Below are positions 24,831 through 37,597 of a DNA stretch of 64,000 nt, in pieces (position 1 is the first letter of the stretch; each line of letters opens with the position of its first letter). Location: the NCBI GenBank assembly GCA_964016885.1, contig OZ024741.1, positions 265,112,001-265,176,000 of the forward strand, read 5' to 3'. The notes beneath the pieces were generated by a model that was not told the origin of the DNA, did no database searches, and saw only the letters and a list, made by a program, of their open reading frames with translations. Position numbers and translations under genes: made by a program. The stretch comes from Eledone cirrhosa. Lineage: Eukaryota.

Positions 24831-26565
24831 CACCGTGTAACATATGTTTTGTTCCCGGTTCTAAGTGTCCTTTCATGGTTTGTTATATCCCATTATTATT
24901 AAAAAAAAACACTATTATTTAATCATAAGTTTGGTTTGTGGTCAGGAGTTTGATATTTCGAAATTTTCATATTTTCACGAAAAAACACATTTTATAAAAA
25001 TTTATCAGTTCATATAATTAAATCAACAGAGTATATATTTATTTTATTATACAAGCTTATCAAAAGCAAACAAGATAACACTTATAAAGCAACTTATACA
25101 CGTCAGAAATGACTGGATTTCCTGGATGTGCGGTTGTGGTCCAGGTCGCATTCCCGCACTAGCCCCCAGATATAGTCCCCCATCATTTTTTCATTGTAGT
25201 GGCCCTGGTACCTCCGCTCTATCTCTTTCACATCTTGGTCGAATCGTTCGCCTTGTTCTTCTGAGTAGGCGCCCATAGTGTCCTTGAATTTTTCAAGGTG
25301 AGCGTCCAGCATATGGAGCTTAAGCGACATCCTGCATCCCATGGCGCCAAAAGCCTTTATCAGATCCTGCACCAGTTGCTGGTAGTTTTCAGCTCTGTAT
25401 TTGCCCAGGAAGCCCTTAACAACTGCCTTGAAACAGTTCCATGCTGTTCTCTCAATCCTATTGAGCTTATTGGAGAACTCGGTAGACTCAAACACCTTCT
25501 TTATCTGAGGTCCAACAAAAATTCAACCTTTGATTTTGGCCTCAGATAACTTGGGGAATAACTCAAGAAGGTACTTAAAAGCGGCTGATTCTAGGCTGAG
25601 AGCCTTCACAAACTGCTTCATCAACGCCAACTTAATGTGCAGTGGCGGCACGAGCACAATCCTGGTATCAACCAGTGGCTCCCACAAGACGTTCCGAGTC
25701 CCAACTACAAATTCTGTTCGCTGCTCCCAGTTCTTTCTTTTGTAGTGGTCAGAGGTGGTTCTGCTGTCCCAAAGGCAGAGGAAGCATTGGAATTTGATAA
25801 AGCCGCCTTGGAGTCCAAGCAGGAAAGCCACCATCTTGAAGTCTACAATGATTTCCCAATTGTACTGGTTGTATTGCAGAGCTTCCAAAATGACTTTCAC
25901 ACTGTAGTAATCTTCCTTCAGGCAGACTGGATGAGCTAGGAGCATTGTCGGCAACTTGTTTCCACTGTGGAGGAGGACAGCCTTCAAACTTGTGGTGGAG
26001 CTGTCTATAAATAGCCGCCACTCCTTGGGTACAAACGGCACCCAATAACGTCAAACAGTCCAGGCACGTCATGGCAGAAGCAGAGGCCATCCCTAAGAGT
26101 GTAAAAGCCTGAGAAAGGTTGTGTCGACTTCTCTGACTTGTCACCTGCACTTCCTCCTTGACCAAGTTCCACTGCTTCATCCTGGAGACGAATGCTTAAA
26201 ACACAACTTACCCTTTATTCAGGGTACGAAAATCCAGTATCAATAAATCTCTTTAATCCACTTTTTAACAATTTTATATTTTATTGCACTTTTATAATTT
26301 TCTTTAGGTATTACTCTTTATTTTATAATTTTAATTTAACCTGAAACATATATAAAAAAAAAATCCTTTAACATAAGCAAATTAAACTTACATACAACGT
26401 AAAATCCAGCATACAAATAATTCTAATGAATAGCTTAGAATTTTTACAAACCCAAACTTTTAACTGTTTAATAGCACTTTTTTTTATTTATTTGGGACCT
26501 AAGCAACACAAAAAAAAGTGATTACAAGCCAGGAACAGAGAGAAGAATTTTTTTGTTACACGGTG
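24831..26565 (-). mobile_element. Chapaev3-type (CMC) DNA transposon, internally deleted
   Basis: TIR CACCGTGTAACA/TGTTACACGGTG, 3-bp TAA duplication (24828-24830 and 26566-26568), transposase remnants inside. Confidence 0.85.
25103..26190 (-). pseudogene. Chapaev3-like DDE transposase, frameshifted and lacking its N-terminus
   Basis: WRLFIDSS..SLKAVLLH, VDFKMVAFLLG..CFLCLWDSR, PPLHIKL, MSLKLHMLDAH, SEEQGERFDQD split over ORFs 25749-26180, 25523-26041 and 25103-25495. Confidence 0.85.
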
Positions 26566-26693
26566 TAATTCAACAAATATATTTATAACAGATTCGAAGC
26601 ACTCGACAAATTTTCTGGAGTATAATATCAAACGGAACCTGAATCGTTAAGGTCTGATTCCTGGGTATGTCATTATTTATAAAACAAATTTTG

Positions 26694-26754
26694 TATTGTA
26701 TCTGATGAGAGCGTACCAAAGTTTTGGTACCCTTGAAATATATATAATAGAATA
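26694..26754 (+). ncRNA. Type I hammerhead ribozyme motif
   Basis: TATTGTAT-CTGATGA-GAGcGTACCAAA-gt-TTTGGTACcCTT-GAAA-tatata-TA-ATAGAATA. Confidence 0.65.
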
Positions 26755-26795
26755 AATATGGTTTTATAAATATAGTTCCCATTTATTAATATCAT

Positions 26796-26850
<55 letters not shown>

Positions 26851-26944
26851 TATATTTAGAGTTTTAAACTCAAAAAGTCATTTACAATTAATTAGCTCAA
26901 AGAAAGAAGCATTTCTGAGCCGTAAAATCCAAAATATAATTAAT

Positions 26945-26993
<49 letters not shown>

Positions 26994-27088
26994 ATAATAA
27001 TAAATTTGAAGACTAAAATCCAAAATCCAATTAATATCATATATATATGATATTAATAAATGAAAAATTATATTTATAAAACCATATT

Positions 27089-27150
27089 TATTTTATTATA
27101 TATATTTCAAGGCTACCAAAAACTTTGGTACGCTCTCATCAGATAAAATA
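27089..27150 (-). ncRNA. Type I hammerhead ribozyme motif, second copy
   Basis: Perfect 8-bp stem I TATTTTAT/ATAAAATA, intact CTGATGA and GAAA..TA core. Confidence 0.65.
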
Positions 27151-27384
27151 CAAAATTTGTTTTATAAATAGTGACATATCCCAGAAACCAGACCTTATCG
27201 GTTCGGGTTCCGTTTGGTTAGGAAACTTGTTGAGTGCTTCGAATCTGTTATAAATAAATTTGTTGAATTACCAACAAATTAAATATCTCTTTGCTTATAT
27301 ATATATGCGTGCGTGTTTTGTCAATGCAGCCCTCCGTACTTCACAATGTCATCTATTCTGAATAAATGGTAGTCTACTTCTTAT

Positions 27385-27552
27385 TATACTAATATGATAG
27401 TATATACTATAACACTTCTATTTGTGATAGTATATACTATAACACACTTCTATTTATGATAGTATATTGTGTAACATACTTCTATTTATGATAGTATATC
27501 CTATAACACATTTCTATTTATGATAGTATATTGTGTAACATACTTCTATTTT
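27385..27552. repeat. About 30-bp tandem repeat (TTCTATTTATGATAGTATAT...AACA), about 5 copies
   Basis: Direct inspection. Confidence 0.85.
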
Positions 27553-27803
27553 GACATCAAACTGGGTCACATCACTGCATCTAAGTAGAGAACTAAGTTC
27601 AACTTAAGAAGCTCTCAACTGATGTTTTAACTAAGGTCACCATCTGTGGACCTTTTGATTTTATCTTCATCTTTAGAACGATTATTTCTCTTTTTAATTA
27701 TTTCTTTTTTTTTAGCGGAGCGGGGGCGGTCGTTTTTTTATTTGTTTGTCGGTTTTTTGTTGTTGTTGTTGTTTTTTGTTTTGTTTTTTTTTTGTTTTTT
27801 TTA

Positions 27804-27835
<32 letters not shown>

Positions 27836-27939
27836 CTTTTCTTTTTTTCTTCTTTTTTTCTTCTTCTTCCATTTGCTAATATATATTTGGATCTTTCAAC
27901 AAGTGCAGTGTGATGAGAGGATGAGATGATGGGGACAGC

Positions 27940-28452
27940 AACAACAATAACACTAACAACAACAATAACAACAATTACACCACTACCAACAACAACAATA
28001 ACAACAATTACACCACTACCAACAACAACAATAACAACAATTACACCACTACCAACAACAACAATAACAACAATTACACCACTACCAACAACAACAATAA
28101 CAACAATTACACCACTACCAACAACAACAATAACAACAATTACACCACTACCAACAACAACAATAACAACAATTACACCACTACCAACAACAACAATAAC
28201 AACAATTACACCACTACCAACAACAACAATAACAACAATTACACCACTACCAACAACAACAACAACAACAATAACAACAATTACACCACTACCAACAACA
28301 ACAATAACAACAATTACACCACTACCAACAACAACAACAACAACAATAACAACAATTACACCACTACCAACAACAACAATAACAACAATTACACCACTAC
28401 CAACAACAACAATAACAACAATTACACCACTACCAACAACAACAACAACAAT
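27940..28452. repeat. 33-bp minisatellite, about 15 copies
   Basis: ACAATTACACCACTACC recurs every 33 bp. Confidence 0.95.
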
Positions 28453-28729
28453 ATGATGACCACCACAACCACCACCACCACCACCACCACCACCAGCAAC
28501 ATCATGTGAATCTGACTCCACACTTATGTTATAAATTGGGGAGGGGGGGGGGAGGGATCATCGATAGTATCGATCTAGTATTTGATTGGTACTTTGTTTT
28601 ATCAAGAGAGAAAAGATGAAAAGCAATGTTGACCTCGATGGGATTAAAACTCAGAACATAAAGAAATAAGACGAAATATAAATATCACATTTTATCAATC
28701 TATCAACCCCGTCACTGTTACATGTAAAT

Positions 28730-29030
28730 TTCTGTATGATTAGACCAGAGAACCGTATCTGTATCAGTGAGCTGCTCAACATTACCAGACTTAGACCAAT
28801 TACATCAATTGTCAAGTCAAGAGTACTCAAACTATACGGCCATATAAAAAGATCAACTCGTGGTGTGAGTAGGTTATGCCTGGAAGGAAGGTTGGCTGGT
28901 AAGAGAAGCAGAGGCCGGCAGCCAAAACGATGGCTTGACAATGTCAATTTATGGACTGGACTTGATATTTGCTCTTTGAACTCTGCTGCGTTTGTGGAGA
29001 GAGATATCATATGTTAATGCGCAGTCTGCA
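28730..29030 (+). mobile_element. RTE LINE 3' fragment
   Basis: RVLKLYGHIKR...LEGRLAGKRSRGRQPKRWLDNV. Confidence 0.85.
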
Positions 29031-29190
29031 ACTGGTGGAGTTTAGCGAGAGAGGAAGACCAGAGAAACGAGATTCATTGTTTCTCTATGTCCTTCAGCCT
29101 TAGTTATTAGGAGTCACTGTAGATTGGCAACATTACAACTACTATAGTCAACCTTATAGAAATACTGAACATTATAACTGCTGAAATTAA

Positions 29191-29440
29191 TCTTCTTCTT
29201 CTCTTTTTCTTCGCCCACTTATTCTTGATAGGGTCGGGGGGGGGGAAGAGTCCTTAAACACTCCTTCCAGAGGGTTCTGTATGAAGCAACTGTTTCCAAC
29301 TGATCCGGCTGGAGACCAACCAAGTGAGACCAACCAAGGTCAGAGATGTTATCCAACCATCTTTCTCAGGGTCTACCCCTGGGTCTCCTGTCGGTTGGTT
29401 TTGCTCGTAAAATCTGTCCAGCGAGTTTTGTTCTCTCAGT
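29191..29440 (-). mobile_element. RTE LINE 3' end with (GAA)n tail
   Basis: RPRGRPRKRWLD-like remnant and 3' end AATAAGTGGGCGAAG shared with 45660 and 61880. Confidence 0.8.
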
Positions 29441-30937
29441 CGCTTAGCGCCACGAGAACCGGGATAAGCACCGGCCTGGTCAACCTCCGAGCTCAAAACA
29501 AACTTTAGACTTAGAAACTCTTATAATAAAATGGTACAACTACAGAAGTTACAATCATGCTTAGATAATCTACAATAATATTCCGAGTGGTGGTCTCTTC
29601 TGTATTCTTGTTTCTCCTTATCATTGATTATATTAAGAATTATTTATCCCACGCAACATCATAGGGGTAAATCCGATACACAAAATATATTATAACAGAC
29701 ATAAAGCTGCACACCAGTTATATTTAAGGCGTCAACCAGCACTTAAATCTAGTAAAGAGATTTTAACAGGATATGGGAATGGATTTGGGTTAGAATGATT
29801 GCTGGTATTTAATTGTTAACGAAGGCAGAAATGTGACTTAGCCAATCATAACTAATTGTATAGTTATTTTTCCCTGACCTCAATCTCAAGTGTAATAAAT
29901 TGCTCGGAATTGACGGGAACATTGTGTATATTGGAACTCTATATAAGTGAATGAGAGCAGTACTTCAGTAAGATCCAGATTATGACAGTGGATTGTATCC
30001 CTCTTCAACCAATTCCGTGTCCTATAACACTTCTCATTGATAGTATAATTATCAACATTTCTGACATTACACTTGAGGAAATTAGCAAGAAAAATAATCA
30101 GATAATAAAGAAAAGCTTTGTAGTAAAGAGCTTGAATAAAATAACAACAGAAATATTTTCTAGTCTCGAAAACAAATCTCTAAGCCTCACAAAATAGAAC
30201 CATCGTTTGAAGGAAATAAATTACTCACGGCAGACCCTCACAATACGAATGACATACTCAATGAATGACTTAACAGAATGTCCACCACTCTGCTGGTATA
30301 TAGATAAATAGTTGAGCTAGCTGAGTTTTCTAACACTATAACCGTCCTTGGAGAAGTTGCAACAATTAATTCAACAGATATATACAAAACCGATGCAGTA
30401 TGCCCTGATGGCTTTACAATAATTCTATGAAAAACATACAATCTCTTTGCCAAACCACACCACTTTAACTTCTTATTCAAAGTTTTGTAAAAAGTAATAA
30501 AATCCCTGAAAAAACCCTGCTTTATTTATAAGGGGACAGGCTGAACAGATAAGGAAAAATTACAGGTCTATGTCTCGGCCTTCAAATATGAGCATGGAGA
30601 TGAAATAAACCATCAGGGAGAAAGTAATTATGTGTCCCCCCCCCCCCCCCCCCCAAAAAAATGTACGTGGTTGCATCTCAAATATAAACACTTTCCATCA
30701 TAATCGTATGTAATAACCTTAGCTAAGTTATGTTCCAAATACCATACAAATGAGAAAGTTAGTTATACTACCGAATCCCTTCAAATTCTGCATTATTTCC
30801 AAACTGATGTGAAAGTTATAAAAAGTGTTTTTCGTTGGCTTCAAACGACTGCTGCAGCATTACGATTAAATAGTAAAGCAGCTACTCAACCATTCGAATA
30901 TAGATGTGATATACTGGAATTTAATAATGGATTTGTG

Positions 30938-31045
30938 AAGGCGGGTGGCTTAGTGGTTAGGGAATTGGATTCGAAATTGTGAGGTTGTGAGTTCGTTTCC
31001 CGGGCCGAGCGATGCATTATGTCCTTGGGCAAGTCGCTTTCAGCA
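30938..31045 (+). mobile_element. CORE-type SINE
   Basis: TGGCTTAGTGG, GAGTTCGTTTCC and GTCCTTGGGCAAGTC. Confidence 0.75.
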
Positions 31046-31645
31046 AAGTTGAATTACAGAACAATATATTGCCAACTTCTTGACCTCAGCATGATAAAAA
31101 AAATAATGAAATTAATAAAAAGACTGTGTGGCTTTCTAAAAGACAGACTGCGGGTGTTTTTAACTAACAGTACCCTCTCTGAAAGTTCAACTACCCAGAG
31201 AGTCATGCCACAGAGGACTTTCTGGTATCAAACGTATCCTCGGTTGTCAGTACATTCATCTTTATAAGTTATACCGATAACACTAAGATATAATAGGCAG
31301 TAAGTGATGTTGAAGATATCTAAAGCCTACAAAAGGACTCTGATGCCACAGACATACAGACTATAGAAAACAACATGAAATTCAGTGCAGAAAAGTTTCA
31401 AGCTCTTTGCTGTCAGTATTGCAGCAGAATGTATCAGAAAACTGGAGGAAATTGCAATACCAGAGTCAGAAACTGTGAGACATCTGGAAATTATAATAAG
31501 CAATGACACATCGTTCTATATTAATATTACGGAAATGGTAGAAACATGCAGCATATTTTCAGGGTGGGACTGCAAAATATTCAGAATAAGTCTACAAGAA
31601 ATTATGTTTGTTCTCGTGAAGACATTTATTCTAAGTCTTCTAGAT

Positions 31646-31819
31646 CAGCGGTAGCCAACCAGTGGTCCGCGAGAAAATATTGGTGGTCCACAGAAAAATT
31701 TTAATGCATTTATCTTTTTGAAAAAATGCATGTTAGTGGTCCGCGGGATTTAAAATTGGGAATTTACTGGTCCGTGAGGTCCGTGAGGTCCGTGAGGCCC
31801 GAAAGCTTGGCGACCTCTG
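31646..31819. mobile_element. hAT-Charlie-like MITE
   Basis: TIR CAGCGGTAGCCAA/TTGGCGACCTCTG and 8-bp TSD TTCTAGAT/GTCTAGAT (NTCTAGAN consensus). Confidence 0.85.
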
Positions 31820-31944
31820 GTCTAGATGATTGCCAATCTCACAACTGAAGTGATATACTACCAATCCCTGAACTAAAGAAACCCTTCCATTCACCCTATA
31901 GACACGCAAGAAACATACTATTACCATAGATAACGACATAATAA

Positions 31945-32127
31945 CGGTTTCTGATTTAGGTACAAGGCCAGTAATTTGGGGGGAGAGGAAAGTCGATTAA
32001 ATCGACCCCAGTGCGTGACGGGATTTGAACTCAAATCATAAAGGGCCGTAACTCTTTGCAAGGGCCATAACTCTTTGCTGCAAAGCATGGCGTCCGACCC
32101 TCCACCGATACTGCCAATTCACCGCCC
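31945..32127 (-). mobile_element. SINE (Nin/Deu family variant with internal deletion)
   Basis: Head and tail match the SINE consensus. Confidence 0.7.
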
Positions 32128-32654
32128 TGTAAGGATATCTGTTAGACATGTAGTGACTAACAACAGAATGTTTTAAGTCTGCGTGTCTGTGACATGACAT
32201 ACATGCGTAGCTTGTGAATAAAAAATTCAAGGGGTATCGCTGGCCGTGGTGATCCCTCCCAAACATCTTTTGTAGTGTATCGTCTTATTGGCTAATTTCA
32301 TCGTCTTATTGGTTAATCAACCAACGAGAGTAATTGTTGCTCAAAAGCATTCGCCACTTTGTTTGCACGTTTATTTATCGTTTCGCTTTCGAATCTTCCT
32401 CCAGTATTTCGTCGTTTATCATCAAAATATATATAGACTTTTCCCCTAAATATATATAGACATTTCCCCAAAATATATAAATAGATTTTTCCCCAAAATA
32501 TATTTAGACTTTTCCCCCAAATATATATATATATAGACCCCCCCCCCCCCCCAAAAAAAATATATATATATTAGATTATGGGATTAACCAAACAGGGATG
32601 TGTGGACCACAACCTGAATCAACTAATTATGGCCTACGCTCTTTTAATAATAAT

Positions 32655-33002
<348 letters not shown>

Positions 33003-33297
33003 AGGTTTAATCGGGGGTAACCACGGTAAGTAAGGTACGCAATAGATAGAGTAATATAGAAATGGCCTCTTCATTCGAAGGAAATCATTAGGAAAGCTTT
33101 CCTGATTTCCTTTGAATGAAACAGTTCTAGTCCTGTAGAAGCCATTTCTACACACACACATACACACACATACACACATATATATATATACATACATATA
33201 TATATATATATATTGGGGTCGATAAAATAAAGTACCAGTAATACACTGGGATAATTGCTTACCTTGTGCCAAAAGTAGAAACATTATTATTATTATT

Positions 33298-36200
33298 GAG
33301 CCAGCGATATGTCTGCTGTCGTGCGACAACGACGTAGAAGTTGAAAGGAGCGCTACAGCGAAATTAACACAAATTGATAACACAAACACCACCACAAACA
33401 ATGTAAACAAAGACACCAACGATACCAATGAGAACTCTAATTTTGAAAAAAATGACAGTAACAGCGACAACGAAAATACAGATAACAAAAAAAAATGATA
33501 AATGCAACAACAATATCAACACCACTAACATGAAAACAAATAGCGACAACACTAACAGCAACAATACCAACTGCACCGAGAACAACGGTGGTAACAAAGA
33601 CAACAATGATAACAGCGACAGTGATAACAACAACACCAACAAGAACAACGACAACAACACCCCCAACGAAAACAAGAAGAACACTTTCGCTGCGGCAGCA
33701 GCAAAAAAGAGGCCATGCTTCAACATGGACCTCTCAAACAAAGATGAAAAGTTGGCACAGGCATGGAAGCTCATCAAGCAAGAGCAAACCTGGGCCAACT
33801 TAACTGTCCCGGTAGAAGCTATTGATGCCGTGGAGCGCAGCGCAGAACGGTGCATTATAGATGCATCTCAGCACAAACCAAAAGGGCAGTTTAATCCCAC
33901 AAGCAGATGTCGAAGTCGTGCTGAGGTGCATCAGAGAAGACACTGAATACATAGCGAGGGGCAGACAGTACGGCACCATTTCGGTGTTGTTCAAGTCAGA
34001 AGCCTTCGCTATGAAACACGCTATGACTCCTTGCAAAACCAGCAAGGTCATAATGTACCCCTCCCAGAATCCCACCAGGACTTGACATGTGGTGGCTTCT
34101 GGGATGTGTGATTATGGAGGGAACGGATACCGTCCCTATAGAAGTGACCAGAACGGCCAGAGAGGACTGGTCCGGGGTTGACCTGGAGATCCTTCTCCAG
34201 ATCAGGCCCGAGAATGTGAAGACAATCCCGGACCATATCCGCCTTCAGAATAGGACGGTCATTCACATTATGACCCAAGGCAAAAGGCGGCATTGTTTTG
34301 TTTGTGGGGAAAAAACCTATTTGCGAGCCTTCTGCCCTCAACTGCTGAAAGAGGCAAGGGGTCGAAAGGTTCTACTGCTGCCGACGCCGGGGCGAGGACC
34401 ACAACCAACACCAGCACCGGCAAAACCACCAACAACAACACCAATAGAAAGACCACCACCAACATTGACCACCCAGGGGGGAAACGAGGAAAGCTGTCAA
34501 ATTCCCCCTCCCTCCAAAAATACACACACACCAATAAAACCATAAACATACACACAGACACACTTACAGACACAGACCACTCATCTACCAGTAGTGAAGA
34601 TGAGGGAAAAACAAAATCCCCCAAAATACAAAAAAGGAAACACAAAAAGAAAAAGAAAACTCAACAAAGCACAAAATCACCCACAATAAAAAACGAAGAT
34701 ACCACCGACCCAAAAATCTCTCCAATAACATCAACATCAACACCACCATCACCATCGCCAGAATCCCCCAAACGCAAACAACCTAAACAGACGCAAGAAC
34801 AAATATACACACACACATCTGAAACCACAGACACCGCACTCACAACAAATACAGACACAACCGAAACAACACCACCAAAACCATCACCACCACAGCCACG
34901 CAAACAAATAAAATCACACCAACAAAACATACAAAACTTCGTGTTCGTCAGGAGGGCCAACAAGGAACTGATGGCCCTCGTAGCACGAAGTGAAAATATA
35001 CAACTGTTAGCCGGCCGGGAATGGGAGGCGGGGTGGCAGTGCTGTTTAGGAAAGGCCTGGATCTTGAGGTAAGGTCGATCTTCCGGGACCCGGACGGGAA
35101 GTTGGTGGTCCTGGACGTGAACAATAACGAAGGTGGTGCCTTTAGACTGGTGGCGGTCTATGCTCCTACTGGGGCAGGACAGCCGGACTTCTTTAGACGC
35201 CTGGAAGCCTTTCTGGGTACGTCTCGCGCTTTACTGTTAGCGGGGGACTGGAACGGCATCTTCGACGCACGCTGGGACTGTGGGGAGTATCCGATAGGAG
35301 CGGGGGGTGCAAAAGCTTCAAGAACCTGATCAGCCAGTTCCAACTGTCTGACAGGTACCGACTAGATTTCCCTAATGCGCCAGTGTGGACCTGGACTAAC
35401 CGCATAGGGTCATCTAGATCGTATATAGACAGGATATTCATTAGGAAAATAGACAGAAATAGTGTAAGGTTGGGGAGGCGCAAACTTGCACAATCCCAAC
35501 CAGGTCCATACACGACAACCTCCACCTAATGCGATACATCATAGAGAGGGTAGGGTATAAACCTGGCTTCGGTGGGGCTCTGATCAATTTAGATCAATCG
35601 AAAGCATTCGATAGGGTCGATCATCGGTACCTGGAGGCTGTCCTCAAGGCGGCTGGCTTCGGCCCCGTCTTCAGAAGCTGGATCGCTGCAATGCACAGCG
35701 GCACCTGCTCGGTGGTCAAAATTAATGGCTACCTCTCGGAACCGTTTCAGGTCTTCCGATCAAGGGTGCCCTCTCTCCTCCCTTCTGTACGTATTGACTC
35801 TCGAGCCTTTACTGCGGAAGATGGAGCTGTTGCAGGGCATCTCGCTCGAACCGGGACGCGGAAAGGCTGTGTCGGCTTATGCGGACGACATCACCGTGAT
35901 GGTGTCGGACACCTCAGAAATCGAGGTGGTCGGCAACTTATTGGAGGAATATGAAAGGTTGACGGGAGCAAAACTTAACCCGGAAAAGTCGGTGGGCTTG
36001 CAACTCAGCACCTGGAGAGGCAAGTCCATGCCGTCCAACAGCGTCGTTAGGCGCTGGACGGGTGGACCGGTAAAGTTGCTCGGGGTTTGGTTCGGGCCAG
36101 ACCTCCAGGTGGATAAGAATTGGGACGAGGTGACGGGCAGGGTAGCCAGTCTCACCCAGAAATGGGCTGGGATGAAGCTATCACTGAAAGGTCGGGCGGA

Positions 36201-37501
36201 GGTGGCGAACGCGTACATCGCGTCCGTCATCTACTACCGTCTGACCGTCATCCCTTGCCTCCGTTCGCACCTTGCCATCTTGGAGCGGCTCCTCTTCAAA
36301 TTCTTGTGGAGGGGTCAGGTTCCGCTGGTGAGGCGGTCCATCTGCTGCCAGAACCCTCTACATGGAGGGCTGGGCATGCCGTGGCTAATGATGCACAGAC
36401 ATGCGCTGAGGCTGCGGCATCTCCAGATATTCTGCCTAAACGGTGAACAGGTGTGGTCGCCGTTTGTCAGATGGGCCTTTCTGCAGCTCATTTCTTTGAC
36501 TGAGCTGCAGTCCTGGGTCAAGAAGAGACCGAGACTGGGTGACCGGCATCTGGAATGTTGCCAGGCACTCACTGCCCTCTACCAGGCGGGCAATGCGGTC
36601 AGTGGAACTTCCACTCTCGAGTTCTATAGAGGATTAGTGGTTGGAAAGTGCGACCACGCACTCGGAGAGGCTCTGGGAGTCGACGAGGTCGAACTGACCA
36701 GTCTGTTCCGGAGGACTTTCGAGCCGGGGACGATGGATAATTTCCCAAAATCCCTCGCTTGGCAGTGCTACCGGGGGGCGCTGCCGGTTCGAGATAAACT
36801 CTATAGTCACGGAAGTGCTATCAGACGGACCTTCCCGAGATGCGCACAGAGCGACGAAACCGTTCTGCACGCACTCGTCCAGTGTCCGTGCATTACTGAC
36901 TTGTGAAGTTATGTTGAACAGCTGTTGTCGCGTGTAGAACGGATCCGTCTATCGGCCGAGTCCATAGTGAAGATTGACCCACCGCCTTCTTTTGGCCAGG
37001 AAGGGCAGGCAATTTTCCTCTATCTGGTGGCAGTAGCGAAAGAGGTTGTATGGTGGACCAGGTTGAAAGGACTGAAGACAGACACTTTTATGTTCGGCCA
37101 ATCCCTCATCAACTTCTTCAAGTTTCACTTGGAAAGGAACGTGAGGGTGGAGAGAGAAGTGCTGACCCCCAGTAAATTTGCTGAAAGGTGGGTGAATGTG
37201 GCGAGAATGGCCTGTGTGAGTGGGCCTACTCTGGTCATGCGGCTGTAGGTAGGTAAATTTGAGGAGGAGAGGGGTGCCTTTCCAGGGTGCTCTCGAAGCG
37301 TCGGGTCATTCAGGATTGGTGGGGTACCTGAACGAACCCTGGGTGGTCATCCCCCCTATTGGGGAATTTTTTTCTTGTAATTTTATTGTTACTTTGTTAT
37401 TGTGATTCATATTGTTTACTCGATTTTTCTGTAAAACCCCACTGTCCCAGTTTTTTGTATTGTCCCCTGTATGTCGGCCCTTGTGGCCAATAAATGAAAT
37501 C
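33298..37501 (+). mobile_element. Tx1/L1-clade LINE, near full span but internally deleted and frameshifted
   Basis: ORF1 remnants with a zinc knuckle (CFVCGEKTYLRAFC), APE motifs (GGVAVLF, VYAP, AGDWN, IDRIF), RT motifs (LDQSKAFDRVDH, QGCPLS, YADD), C-terminal ETVLHALVQC and 3' end GGCCAATAAATGAAATC. Confidence 0.93.
35021..37248 (+). pseudogene. LINE ORF2 (APE endonuclease, reverse transcriptase, C-terminal Zn motif), disrupted
   Basis: ORF pieces 35021-35329, 35529-35954, 35725-36906 and 36925-37248. Large deletion near 35470. Confidence 0.92.
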
Positions 37502-37597
37502 ATTATTCGATAAAATAAAGTACCAGTAATCTACTGGGTAATTGCTGGCCTTGTGCCAAAAGTAGAAACAATTATTATTATTATTATTATTATTATT

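Larger units (their letters stand above)
26566..27300. repeat. Inverted repeat (26566-26795 and 27048-27300) around (TA)n. The left arm continues at 24795-24830 beyond the Chapaev3 insertion
   Basis: Arms are reverse-complementary with moderate divergence and each holds a hammerhead motif. Confidence 0.85.
30000..31880 (+). mobile_element. Highly degenerate CR1-group LINE RT remnant, interrupted by a SINE and a MITE
   Basis: Broken motifs in order: PDG, KG..NYR.SL, FLKDR, MPQ.T, TDNTK, VKTFILSLLD. Confidence 0.5.

Noticed and set aside
27926-28456. Mucin-like Thr-rich ORF
   Set aside because: It is the 33-bp minisatellite with identical codons per unit and no convincing splice signals.
29600-29960. 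Possible R2/R4-like RT remnant (DMGMDLG, LGIDGN)
   Set aside because: It is too degenerate to support by eye.
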